Shown here piece by piece: positions 27,002 to 39,700 of a stretch of DNA of 64,000 nt. The translations under genes were made by a program, and so were the position numbers. Each line of letters begins with the position of its first letter. Positions within the stretch are counted from its first letter, which is position 1. Source of the stretch: Azolla caroliniana (taxonomy: Eukaryota; Plantae; Polypodiophyta). The notes below the pieces were generated by a model. That model saw only the letters and a program-made list of their open reading frames with translations, did no database searches and had not been told where the DNA came from. The stretch covers positions 6,448,001 through 6,512,000 of the forward strand of contig JBHGNT010000014.1 in the NCBI GenBank assembly GCA_043228905.1, given 5' to 3'.

Positions 27002-29257
27002 TGTTGAGATACCAAGCTCAATTAGGTTCACTAGCGCTATTAACGATAGAATCTAATTAAGTTAGAAACAATTCAATGCTCATGAATGAGCTGATTGTAC
27101 TCTTGTAAGCCCTCTACCTTTATGAGAGGACTAAGGGCTTTGTATATAAGATGCTCTCTGAGCATGTTTGTATGTACCAATTGTTTTTTGTGAATGAAGG
27201 TGTGGTCTTCAGTTTTGGTGCATACTCTGTTGTGTATGTATGATCTTCATCTCTTGTTTTATTTCTGTGATTCTATTACTCTGTTGTATCATTCTGTTTG
27301 ACCGAGCCGGCCGTGTGTAAACTTTCGCAACAAAAGCTAGTCAAGCTTCTTTACATGGTATCGGAGCGTGAGGGTTCAAACTAATCCTCTACAACCAACA
27401 TTTGTTGTGACACAAAGCTTTGGTAGCTGATCTACAAAAGGATGGACATAAATATGGGAAATGTATTGCCGACAAAGAAGTTGGAAAGAAGTAACTACGT
27501 ATCTTGGGAATAGAAGATGCACTCTTATTTGCTTGTACATGGATACTGGAGTTACATAGACGGAGCCAACGAAGAAGCGTTGGAGCCGACACACAAAGAC
27601 TTCCTACCATGGGAGCAAGTAGCAACCCGAATGCTTTACTGGGTGGCATATTGTGTGCACAATTAGATTCTTGGCTACATCAGAGATGCAAAGACGTTGA
27701 AAGAGGCATGGGAAAATCTGAAGAAGATTTTCGTTGTTAGCACGACGACCAGGAAGTTGCAACTCAAGCATAAACTCAACAACATCTGACAAAAGGATAT
27801 GTTAGTGGTCGACTATACCTCCAAGATCAAGGATGATTTCCGACGCTTTGGGCTCCATCAACATGATGGTGGAGGAAGATGAAATGGTGCAGATATGCTT
27901 GGGAGGTCTAGTGCAGAGGTACAAGCCATTCTGGATGGCCATCTATACAAGAGAAAAGCCACCCTCCTTCGACTTGTAGTCCATTCTATTGGTCAAAGAA
28001 AACCACGTAGGGGCAACGAGGAGTGTGCCATATGACAACCAAATGCTATACATGGAGGTAGGTTGACCCCTCATTGTGGTTGGAGAGGCGGGTCGCCTCA
28101 TAGGAACAACGACCAAAACGAACAGAAGACTGATGCACGACACGATAATAGTCAAGGATCCTCCACAAGAAGGGGGAGTCATAGTGATGGCCGCAAGTCG
28201 ATAGAGTAGATCGACAAATTGTTGGTACTACGACAAGAAGGGCCACCGAGAAGAAGATTGCTGAAAGAAGCAGGTTGATTAGAGAAGTTCGCATCAATCA
28301 AAATTTGCCCACAGTAGGGGACATGCGGGAAACGATCTCGCATTTGTAATGAAGCACCACACAAACTCCATGGAAGCAAGCAACTCTAAACAAGAAGAGG
28401 TGTGGTACATCGACTCAGGTGCGTTTAATCATATGACGAACCATGAAGAATGGTTCACGAGCTTACGAGAGCTTGAACAACTGGGATGTGTGGAAACCGA
28501 CGACGACACAATCCACACCATTGAGCACATAAGAGATATACCTCTGAGCTCTGTTGGCCAAAGGGGTTGCATGAAGAACATCCTGCATGTGCCGACGATC
28601 ACCAAGAACCTAGTGTTAGTTGGCCAAATTGTAGACTAGGGAATGCAAGTACGATTCAACCAAGAAGGATGCTTCATCGAAGACAACGACCGACTCATTG
28701 CACATGGACATAGAGAAGGGAGGATGTTCATTCTCAACACCAATTATGTCGGCACCGCCATGTGCATGAGAGGACAAAAATTTGAATAGGACATTGACTT
28801 GTGGCAATGTGGTTCAACCACATCAATTTTTCGAGACTAAAGGACATGCAGACGAAACAACTTGTGTTCAGCCTACTAAAATTCAATGGACGAAAGGGCC
28901 GAATCTGTGAACCCTATTAGTTTAGAAAACAACATCGGCTTCCCTTCCCCAATGAGCGCAAAAGGAGCAGCAACAAGCTTGATGTAATCCATACAAATGT
29001 GTGGGGACCTATGTGGAATGTCAGCCTAGGGGGCAACCGATATTTCATCTTCTTCATTGACGATTCCTCAAGACACACTTGGGTCTTCCCGATCAATAAA
29101 AAGAGCAAAATGTTTTCTTGCTTCTTAGAGTTGAAGAGCTTAATAGAAAGGGAAACAACTGGGAAGATCAAGTGCTTGGGATCTTATGGTGGGAAGGAGT
29201 ACTTTTCCGGTGAATTCAATGGATATTTGTAGAAGGAAGGGATCCACAGAGAGTATT
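27002..29257 (+). mobile_element. Truncated Ty1/copia (5' LTR 27002-27355, PBS, degenerate gag-PR-INT)
   Basis: TGTTGAG...TTTACA then TGGTATCGGAGC; WYIDSGAFNHM and SYGGKEYF motifs; cut at 29258 by a Gypsy LTR. Confidence 0.88.
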
Positions 29258-30493
29258 TGTTCCCACTCTCTAGAAAACATGGGTCGGATACCCAATCACT
29301 GGATACCCTTCACCAAAGGATCATGGTAGGTGGGATGGTAATAAGTAGACTGCAATTTACAACTACTAGTTGTTGTTTATCCTGGACTAAGTTTTAGTCA
29401 CAAACACAATGTATTCCCTTCTAGAATACTATCCAAAGGTGTGGTTGGAGGGATGGAATTACGTACACAATGACTATGAATTATCCGGTTATGTTCTCTG
29501 GAACAAATACACAATATCTAGTTATTCGACACACTATCCGGTATACAATCCGGATATGAATGGACACGCGTAAGATTAAAACATAAAGGTGCAGAAAGCA
29601 AGTACATGTTGAGCGGACAAGCTCAACCGGATCCGAATCGGTATCCGGAACGGAGAACCGGATAGGTATCCGGAACCAAGAGCTGGATCAGATTGTAACT
29701 GGTAGGCCGTTAGAGGTCTATGATCCTAGCCTAGTACGTAGGTATATTTCTAGGAGTCAGTGTCAGCCGCTCGTATGAGCATTGAAGTACTTGTTAGTCC
29801 TTTTAAGGACTTGTATAAAGAGTGTTCTATAGGAAAATTATATACAGAGAGTGTTATTATTTTGAATTAAGTTCACTGTTTTGCTCTCTCTCTCTGTCTA
29901 TGTTTTGTGAAGCTTCAATTAACCTGCACTTTTTCTGTTGCTATCTGGGTGAACCGGTTCGTCAAAGCTTCCGCATATTAACTTTGACATGGTATCAGAG
30001 CGCGAGGGTTGAGAACCTCTACGGCTGACAACTGCTTGAAATAGACAAACCCTAATCACCGCTAAAGAACAGAAGAAAGAAGGAAGATATGGACAGAAGT
30101 ATGGCTAGCTCGCTTCCTACAGAAAAGCTCGACCGGAGCAACTATGCATCCTAGTCGTATAAAATGCACCAATACCTGTTGGGGCACGGATACTAAAGCT
30201 AAGTGGAAGGAGCAAATGTAGCAGCGCCGGATTCGACACACAAGGACTTCTTGGCATGGGAACAAGAAGTGAGCAGAGTATTGTACTGTCTCGCATCCTG
30301 TGTACACGACTAGAGGCTCAACTACATCAAGGATGCAAAAACGCTGAAAGAAGCTTGGGAGAATCTAAAAAAGATCTTACTGGCAAGCACAATGGCCCAG
30401 AAGTTGCAGCTCCGACATGAGCTCAACAACATTCGATAGCGAGATATGTCGGTTACCGACTATACCTCTAAAATGGAGATTTGTGATGCACTA

Positions 30494-32870
30494 TGTTACG
30501 GGCATGACCATATAATATCCCGTGGTGAGAATTTACCGTAGTATTCTATACACGTGGATAAGTGTGAGGGTTAAATGAGAGTGTAAAGAAGGGGAGGATT
30601 ACTTTTAATCCTCGGAATTGAGACAACCCATTAGGCCAAGTATGAACTTGCCTGGGGGCCTTGGGTATCGCTATAAATAAGAGGCCTAGCTACCCTCATT
30701 TCATTATCTTGTTGACTACATCAAGACTCTGTCTTGTGGTGGGTCAACTCTTGTAGTGAGCGTGCCAGCACCAGGTACGACTCGATGCCACGACGTTGGT
30801 ATGGGATGCCGATCGAGGCTCGAGTCCGTCTCGATCCCTTCGCTCGGGGGTGGTCGGGTGGATTGATATCCTTCTTTCTCTCTCTCCTTTCTATCTATCT
30901 ATCTATATTCTATCCTTATCTAATGCTTACATTAGTTCATGTCTCTAATAGTTGGTTTCAGAGCCTATGTTCTAATGTTTCTTTTGTTGGTTTTGTCTTC
31001 TTGATGGATGGCGATCGATCAACATGCGGTCGACCTTGTTCCAAACAGCAATCAACAAAGGAACTTCGGTAATCTTTCTTGTTTTTTTCTATTCTTTCTT
31101 CTCCCAATTTAATCATGTGTATGGTTAATATGTAATTTTTTTTTTATAGATTCAATGATGTTGTAGTGGTAATTAATTGGTTATATAAAACGTTTACATA
31201 TGTGCACGAGGTCACTACCTCATTTGACATATAAATAATATGTGATTAGTGTCGTATGCGTACGAGGTTAATACCTCAATTGCGCATTACGTTCATGTAC
31301 ATATGTTATGTATGCGTATGAGGTCAATACCTCGATTTCGTTGTAAATGATATGCGTTTGGTCTCGTATGCATAAGAGGTCAATACCTCAATTGCGTATT
31401 ACGATGAACCCTTATTTTTGGATGTTTCGTTTGCGTAGAGGTATATGCCTCGATTACGTATCTCAATTATATCATTTATGGCTATTTGATGCAACGATTT
31501 GTTTAATATATGTGCACGAGGTCAATACCTCATTTGACATATAAATAATATGTGATTAGTGTCGTATGCGTACGAGGTTAATACCTCAATTGCGTATTAC
31601 GTTCATGTACATATGTTACGTATGCGTATGAGGTCAATACCTCGTTTTCGTTGTAAATGATATGCGTTTGGTCTCGTATGCGTAAGAGGTCAATACCTCA
31701 ATTGCGTATTACGATGAACCCTTATTTTTGGATGTTTCGTTTGCATAGAGGTATATGCCTCGATTACGTATCTCAATTATATCATTTATGGCTATTTGAT
31801 GCAACGATTTGTTTAATATATGCATATGTTGTCACGTGTATACGTATTTGATCGTATATATGTGATAATATACATATGTGTATATAAGTTATTACGTGAT
31901 TTTAATATCGAATGTTTTCCTTTTCGGGGAAATGATCTTGGTGGCTGTCCTCACATTTTTGTGAGAATGGCGTTGTCACCATCCCTTTTTCAGCAAATTT
32001 TTATTGTTAACATTCCCGTTGGTGACTTCGATTTTATTACGTAAAGAAATGCCTATCGCCACAATGATGTTGAGAACATAGGGCTTGACCCACTTCATGT
32101 GAGGTCGCTCCTATGACACACATATCCAACATCCCTCGTTAGATGGATACGATGCCACCATGAGATCATTCTTATGAGAGGCATTCGTAATGACGTAACC
32201 ATGTGATGGGCCACGTGGGCCTACTACGAAGCGAAGGCTCATTTGGCTTGACCATTAGGTTGCACTTTGGCGTATGCCATTGTAATTACGAGACTTGAGG
32301 TTAGGTAACGTACCAACATATTTTGTAGTAAACGAGGGGGAAATAAGGACTCTTGACATATATGTTTCTTTTAAAGAAACATATATGGGCAAATGCCTCG
32401 CATATCTCTTATACGCATGAAACATTAAACATTCAAGAAGAGCAACCTATTTGGTTGGCTCAAGTGTTTAATGCATTTGTTCTTGAGGTCTCAAGTTCGA
32501 ATATGACCAAGAACATACAACATCGTTGATATATATGACTATAACACATGTTTAGACTTGAGGTCTAAGTGCACTTTGGGGTCCTTGTAATAGGACTTAA
32601 AGAGCCGAAACCACATATGTGGGCACAGAAACATAGTTTATTGTTAACATTTTTTTTGTGTATAAACTACTCATGACGCGGACATACATGGTTGAGCCTC
32701 AGGGAGCCGCCATGAAAAAATCGATATAGAGATTAGGGAAAGACATTAATTTGTCACCCCCATGGTTTTTAAAACACCTTTGTGTTACCATAGTAACCTG
32801 ATCTTGAACCTCATCTCATACGTTTAGAGGGGTATTTACGTGAGATCATGATATCGATTAATGTAACCGA
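30494..32870 (+). mobile_element. Truncated LTR element (LTR 30494-30950, PBS-like TGGTTTCAGAGC at 30953) with no recognisable retroelement coding motifs
   Basis: Begins TGTTAC inside a copia gag; TATA-like tataaata at ~30672; PBS variant; internal tandem array. Confidence 0.65.
31198..31822. repeat. Array of 10 hairpin-cored units (GAGGT-N4-RCCTC), ~56-bp monomer, 310-bp higher-order duplication
   Basis: Cores at 31208, 31264, 31320, 31376, 31438, 31518, 31574, 31630, 31686 and 31748. Confidence 0.9.
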
Positions 32871-35792
32871 GGAGCACCTTTAGTGCACGCACTAAATGCT
32901 TAGGTATGTTAGCAGCACTAAGGACTGGGGACTGTTATACCGGCACAGTATAACCGAAAAGCTAGTCGGATATACAGATGCTGATTGGGCCAGTGATGCG
33001 TCTGATCGTCGGTCCACTTCCGGTTACATGTTTTCTCTAGGTAGCGCGGTTATTGCGTGGAGCAACAAAAAGTAGCCGACTTTGACTCTATCGAGCATTG
33101 AGGCTAAGTATCGGGGCGCTACTGTTGCCACGTGTGAAGCCATCTGGTTTTAGAGGCTGCTGCAAGACCTCTGGATCGAAGTACCGACTCCGATCTACTG
33201 CGACAACATGAACAACATGTAGCTGGCCAAGAAGCCCGTGTTCCATGCTCGGACAAAGCACATAGAAGTGCACTATCACTTTGTGCGTGTGCAGGTCCTG
33301 AGCAGTGAAGTCGAACTCCAGTATGTTCGGATGGATCGACAGGTTGACAACATCTTCACCAAGGCACTTGGAACCAACAAGTTACAACATTTTTCGGAGA
33401 TGCTTGGCTACAACATCTTGACATGCCGCACTTGAGGAGGAGAACCAGTACTAGTACGAGGAGAACCTGGAACAAAAACTGGAAAGGTAGGTAATGGCAC
33501 CAGACAAGGTGCCGGAGAGAAGGAAACCGAAACATGGGGAGACAAGAAGAAAAAGGGAGCCGAGTCGACTGAGGAAGTCGACACATCTGATCAAGTCGGA
33601 ACAAGCGGCAACAATGGCAGAGTCAAGAAGGACAGAGCCGACCAGAAGAAGAAGGCCAATACCTGGACATGGTATGATGTGGTAAAGGGCCTGAAGATTA
33701 AGGATGAATTGGAGCTAGCTTATTCGGACAAGAGTTGGAACGAATTGGAGGCACCCGATTTGGAGGAGCCAAATCAACTGAAGGCTAAACAAACAAGAAG
33801 GAAACGAAAGTCGACACCGACACGGAGGAATCAACAGGTCGAGAAGCGCTGAAGTCACAACAACAAAAGAGCTGAAATGGGCCTTATGAGCGAACAAGCC
33901 GACCGAGAAGGTCGAGAGGCGCGGAGCCGGACGGATTGTGGAAAACGGAACTAGACGGGTCGAGGAGCGCGAGTAAGGCGAGAAGACACCAAAAGAAGCC
34001 GATTGCAAAGCTCGGCAAACACAGACATAACGCCGACCTCAAGTTGAGGTTGAGGGGCAGTGTTGAGCGGACAAGGTCAACCGGATCCGGAATGGAGAAT
34101 TGGATAGGTATTCCGATTGGTATCTAGAACCAAGAGCCGGATCGGATTGTAACCGGTAGGCCGTTAGAGGTCTATGATCCTAGCCTAGTACATAGGCATA
34201 TTTCTAGGAGTCAGTGTCAGTCGCTCGTATGAGCATTGAAATACTTGTTAGTACTTCTGTCAGTCCTTATAAGGACTTGTATAAAGAGTGTTCTATAGGA
34301 CAATTATACACAGAGAGTGTTATTATTTTGAATTAAGTTCACTGTTCTACTGTCTCTCCCGCTCTTTGTCTGTGTTTTGTGAAGCTTCCATTAAACCTGC
34401 ACTTTTTTTGTTGCTATTCGAGTGAACCGGTTCGTCAAAGCTTCTGCATACTAACTTTGACAGTACATAAGATAGAACAATCAAGACTTATATTACTCAC
34501 TCTCTTATCCATACAATCTGGACCTCTTATATAGGCATTTGGTTCTGATACAAAAATGTGTTTTCTCCAGATCGGTATATCTTTTCGTATCTAGTACCTC
34601 ATAATATCTTTTCTTACTCTATTAAAACATTTCATTTACTAATTACTTCTTTACTATAATATTCTTAGGTTCCTATTTTATCCAGTTCACACTTTGTCCG
34701 AACTCCGGTTCTCCGGCCAAAGCTTTATTGGACAACACCTGGCTCACCCGTGGAACAATGCCTTGCATGTCAAACCCACACCCTTAGTTCTCCTCCAAAA
34801 TGTTCAGTATACTCTGCTGATTGTCCGCCATTTGGTCTGGTGTAGTTTGTTGTTGTGTCGGTTCCTCCTCTATCGTTTGTGGTTGCGGCTGTGCTTGAGT
34901 TTCCAACTGCTCCACCCATTGTTTTTCATCTCTGGCAGTTTGCGATGCGTCCTCCTGATTCGTCCTCTGTTGCCTCGACTCCTACTCCCTTGGCTTCTCT
35001 AGTTGTGTCTGCTCTCGTTGTCGCGTTGTTACGTGTGTGCGTAGGGAACGAGGCGGGACCACTGGGGTCTTGGATCGAGAAATAGTTGAGAAGGAGGAGA
35101 GTGGGAAGGCAACAGACGCTCTTGCACACGCACAGAAGCGGGAGCACACAGGAATCACAGTCCAATAACACAACAAAACGAGACGTCTAGAAGTCCGAGT
35201 ATATGAACACGTATGTATATTAATATATGTATATATATCGAGACGGTTACAACTAACAGGCTGGCAAGGTGAACACCGACGCCTGTTCACTCACACACAC
35301 AGAAGAGCGAGATGGAGGCTCTGCCAGAAGCACACGGGCGTTCCATGGAGCAGAGTCGGCCTCCCGAAAACCTGCGCTAAAATGAGTATGGAGAGTGGCA
35401 GAGGAGAAGGGCTTGGTTCCAGTCCGGCAGCACTTCGTCCTCTCTAACGTGCGATGCCCTTTTCTTTCCTCTCCCTCCCTCTCTTTTATAGCCCAAGGAG
35501 GGAGGCCGTTATCATCCGTTACATCACATTGATTCTCTGTCCTTTCGGACAGAGATACCTCTCGATTCTCTCCCTATTGAATGCGTGCTACCTAGGATTT
35601 CACCTCAGCCGACTTGTACCTACCTACTTACTATACAATGAAAAGTGTGCTCGCGTGTAAGGCCAGTTTACACATGCTAAACTCGGTTTCCGCCTAGGGA
35701 CGGTTTTCTTCACGACATCCGCCCCCACCTAACCGTGCATCCATCGGTATGCGCCAAAATTGGGCTCTTGCTGGAGAAAACCGATCCATGCT

Positions 35793-36771
35793 TTACTCCT
35801 CGTCTTCTGGTTCGTCATCCGCCTCAGACCGCCCGTCGTTGTCGTTGCTTTCCAGATCCGGCTCGCACTCGTGTCGTTTCTTAAATTCTTTGACCCTCTT
35901 CCCCGCTACCGTTATTGCCATCCTCGTACCGTCGAGCTTCGCAAGATGGTAGGTCCCGTTGTCGTTGGCGCCTATCACCACGTAAGGCTCGAACCACCTC
36001 CTTGCAAACTTCCGCGTTGCCCTGTGTTGGTTGTCGAGACTACTATCATACACTAGGACCCAGTCACCTTCCTCGATCTTCTTCGGTCGCAGTTGGTGAG
36101 TCCGGTCAAACCGCCCTTTGTTCTTCAACCTTGCCAACCAAAGCTTCTCCGCGGCTCGTTCCACGTCCTCCGGCCTTCGCTCGAGCTGTCGAATCTGTGT
36201 TGTCGAATCCTTCACACCGTGGCCCATGAGGAGATGGTTCGCTCTATTGGCATGATCGGCCTCTATCCGTACATAAGCTCTGCCAGCATGAGCCCGGTTA
36301 CCGAACTGTGCGTAGTTCGGTCCGCCCACAAGGCATAAGGTAATAGTCGCGACCAGTTCCCGACTTGGCCTTCACACGCCCGTACTAGCGCTTTGACGAT
36401 CGCCCCGTGTCCGCGCTCCACCTTCCCATTAGCCTCCGGATTGTACGCTGTGGTGAGCGAGAGTTTGAACCCTAGTCGGTCAAACAACTCTTGAACCTCT
36501 TGCGCGTCCAAATCTCCGCGGTCAGCCACGATCTTCCCTATGCTCCCGTACCGACATATCACGTCCTCGATCAGAAACCGGCACACAACTACGGTCGTTT
36601 TGTTCTGCAGCGCTCAACCTTCAACCTGGTTCGTTAGATCCTCCCGAGCCAGCACCAGATACCGCATCTGTCCTACCCCCATCGGCATCGTCACCAAATC
36701 CACCATCCAGTTGAAGTGGACGGTCAGAGGGTAGGTTGGGTGAAGCTCGTCCCGGTGTCGGACTATGGAGT
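35793..36771 (-). pseudogene. Gypsy integrase C-terminal part
   Basis: IVADRG, AYNPEANGKVER, LPYALWADRTT and RWFEPY motifs. Confidence 0.9.
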
Positions 36772-39700
36772 TGTTGAGAATCAAGCTCAACTTGGTCTAG
36801 TGTGTGAATTCACCTTGAGAGTGAAGAGACACCTCAACGGTCAAGAGTCGCCATTATGTCAACACTTGTATTCTAGCATTTAGTATGAGTCATAGAATCA
36901 TATTCTATGACACATAACTTATGAGCTTTCACATTCCCCATGCTCCATGAGCCTTGTAGTTAATGAAGAGAGAGGGTGACTACATAAAGCACCCTCCTCC
37001 CACCTTGTATAGGGTTGTGTCTTTCTCCTTTGTTAATATACTTTTACCTTGCGTATTCTCTGTGTTTTCACTCACACACACTCTCTCTCTCTTACACACA
37101 CACATAACTCACATCTCTTCCGCTTCACAAGAATACATCTCTTGATTCTTTACATGGTATCAGAGCGATTTGGTAGCTTGATCTAGCCCATTCGCCTCAT
37201 CGTGATCGTGTGTTGTGCTCCACGCCGACGACCAAGAACTGGCTCATTGCTATTGTAGCTTCGCTACATAGCTCGCATTTGAAGAGAGAAGAAGAAGAAG
37301 AAGAATCGACATAATGAATACTCAAATGGGGAGCGCTCTCCCTACCGAGAAGTTGGATCGAAACAACTTCGCATCTTGGGAGTACAAGATGCACCAATAC
37401 CTTGTCGGACAAGGCTATTGGAGCTACATCAAAGGAGCGCATGAAGACGGACCCGCCGAAGTGGCTCCCGGATACGCAACATGGGAGCAAGCCGCGTGAT
37501 GTATTTTTTGGCGACATGTGTTCATGACCACATGCTCGGTTACATTCGAGAAGCCAAGACGCCAAAGGAAGCGTGGGAAAACCTATGAAAGATTTTCGCC
37601 GCCAACACGACCGCGAGGAAGCTTCAACTCCGCCAAGAGTTGAACAACATTCAACAAAGGGATATGTCCATCACGACATACAACTTGAAGATCAAGGAGC
37701 TTTGCGACTCGCTCGGCTCAATAAGCGTAAGTATAGATGATGATGAGATGGTGCAAATATGCCTCGGCGGCCTCGCACCACGGTTCGGCGCGATGCGAAC
37801 CGCCGTTCTAGCACGGGAGAAATCTCCCTCCTTCTTCGAGCTCCAATCAATGCTATTGGTCGAAGAAAACCACGTGCGTACAAGGAGCAATGAGTCGGAA
37901 GGCCACATGCTCTACATACACTCTAATGGAGGAAGAGGACGCGGACGAGTGAGAGGCCGATTCGGCCAAGGACAAGGCGGACGAGGTCCAACCTACGACA
38001 ACAACTCCCAATTTCGGCCGCAAAACGGAGGCCAACGAGGAACCTTCGCAAGAAGGGGGAGCTTCCACTGCGGCCCGAGCCGTCAAAACGCAACCGAATG
38101 CGGATATTGCGGAAAGCTCGGCCACCACGAAGAAGAGTGCCGAAAGAAGATGCGTGAATCGGCTTCCACAAGCCGACAACTCACAAATTACGCACACAAT
38201 TCTGACTACGAAGAGTATAGCGGAATGTACGGGCAACTCCGACTATGAGGATCGTGGCGGAATGTACGCATACAACTCCGACTGTGGTAGAATGTTCATG
38301 ATGAAACATAGTGCAAAGTCTATGTCGGCCTCTACCTCAACTAGTGCCCCCAATCTGGATGATGTATGGTTTGTTGACTCCGGTGCCTCAAACCATATGA
38401 CATCCCACAAAGAATGGTTTCTCGAACTTCGAGAGTCGGAGCGACCCGGTTATGTCAAAACCGAAGATGACACTACGCACCCGATTCGGCACATCGGCAA
38501 TGTTCCGTTCGGCGAAAGAGGTAAGCAAACATACATTAAAAATGTCTTGCATCTATCCACCATCACAAAGAATTTGGTCTCGATTGGCCAAATGGTTGAG
38601 CAAGGGATGCAAGTACGATTCGACCAAGAAGGGTGCTTCATCGAAAAAGAAGGCCGAATCATCGCACGTGGAAGAAGAGAGGGCTGGATGTTCATTCTCG
38701 ATTCGCACAAGATGAAATCCGCCATGTTCATGAAAAGCACGAAAGCCGACTCCGACATAGAGCTATGGCATAAGCGAATCGGCCACATCAATCTCAACAA
38801 ACTAAGCAATGAAATCGAAAGGAGTTGTTATCGGACTCCCGACATTCAAAGAGAAGGAGATTGAAGGTGTATGCGAAGCGTGCCAATTCGGCAAGCAACA
38901 CCGACACCCATTTCCGAAGGAGCGGAATGTGAGCAAAGGCGTACTCGACGTAATTTATTCCGATGTATGGGGTCCGGCTCAAACGGCGACATTTGGCGGA
39001 TGCCGATATTATGTGCTCTTCATCGACGACTTTTCTAGGCACACTTGGATCTACCCGATGCGGCAAAAGAGCGAAGTGTTCGGACACTTCCAAAATTTCA
39101 AGAATGAAGTCGAGAAAGCCACGGGCCGACATGTACGATGCCTTCGATCAGATGGCGGCAAGGAATACTTCTCGAACGATTTCACGACGTATCTCCGAAA
39201 GGAAGGAATTCAGTGAGAATTCACTTGCCGACACACTCCGCAACAAAACGGAGTAGCCGAGCGCAAAAATCGGCACATCCTCAAAGTAGCGCGGGCCATG
39301 ATGAACGAGAAGCATATGCCCAAGTCATATTGGGCCGAAGCGGCAAATACGGCTGTCTACCTAATGAACTGGTGCACAACATCCGGCGTGCACGAGGTCA
39401 CCCCGCACGAAAGCTTCTTCGGAAAGAAGCCGAACCTATCACATGTTCGGATATTCGGCTCCATTGCGTACGTGCACATCCCCAATGAGAAGCATCAAAA
39501 GCTCGACCTGAAGTCGGAGAAATGTATCCTCGTAGGATACTCACTGGAGCAAAAGGGGTACAAGTGCTACAACCCCTCAACTCGAAAATCTCGGGTAAGT
39601 CGAGACATCGTCTTTGACGAGTCCGCATCCTGGTACGCACCAGAGACAACTTCGACTCCAACCCCGCTCGACCCAGAATCCACCGAACAAGAGATAGAGG

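Larger units (their letters stand above)
29607..34462 (+). mobile_element. Ty1/copia element with internal deletion/replacement, TSD GTACA
   Basis: LTRs 29607-29989 and 34061-34462; PBS at 29990; TSD at 29602-29606 and 34463-34467; gag remnant 30088-30493; RNase H remnant ~32880-33435. Confidence 0.92.

Noticed and set aside
31198-31822. CRISPR-like array of palindromic repeats
   Set aside because: Eukaryotic TE context, no cas genes, spacers are related to each other and duplicated as a 310-bp block; it is a minisatellite
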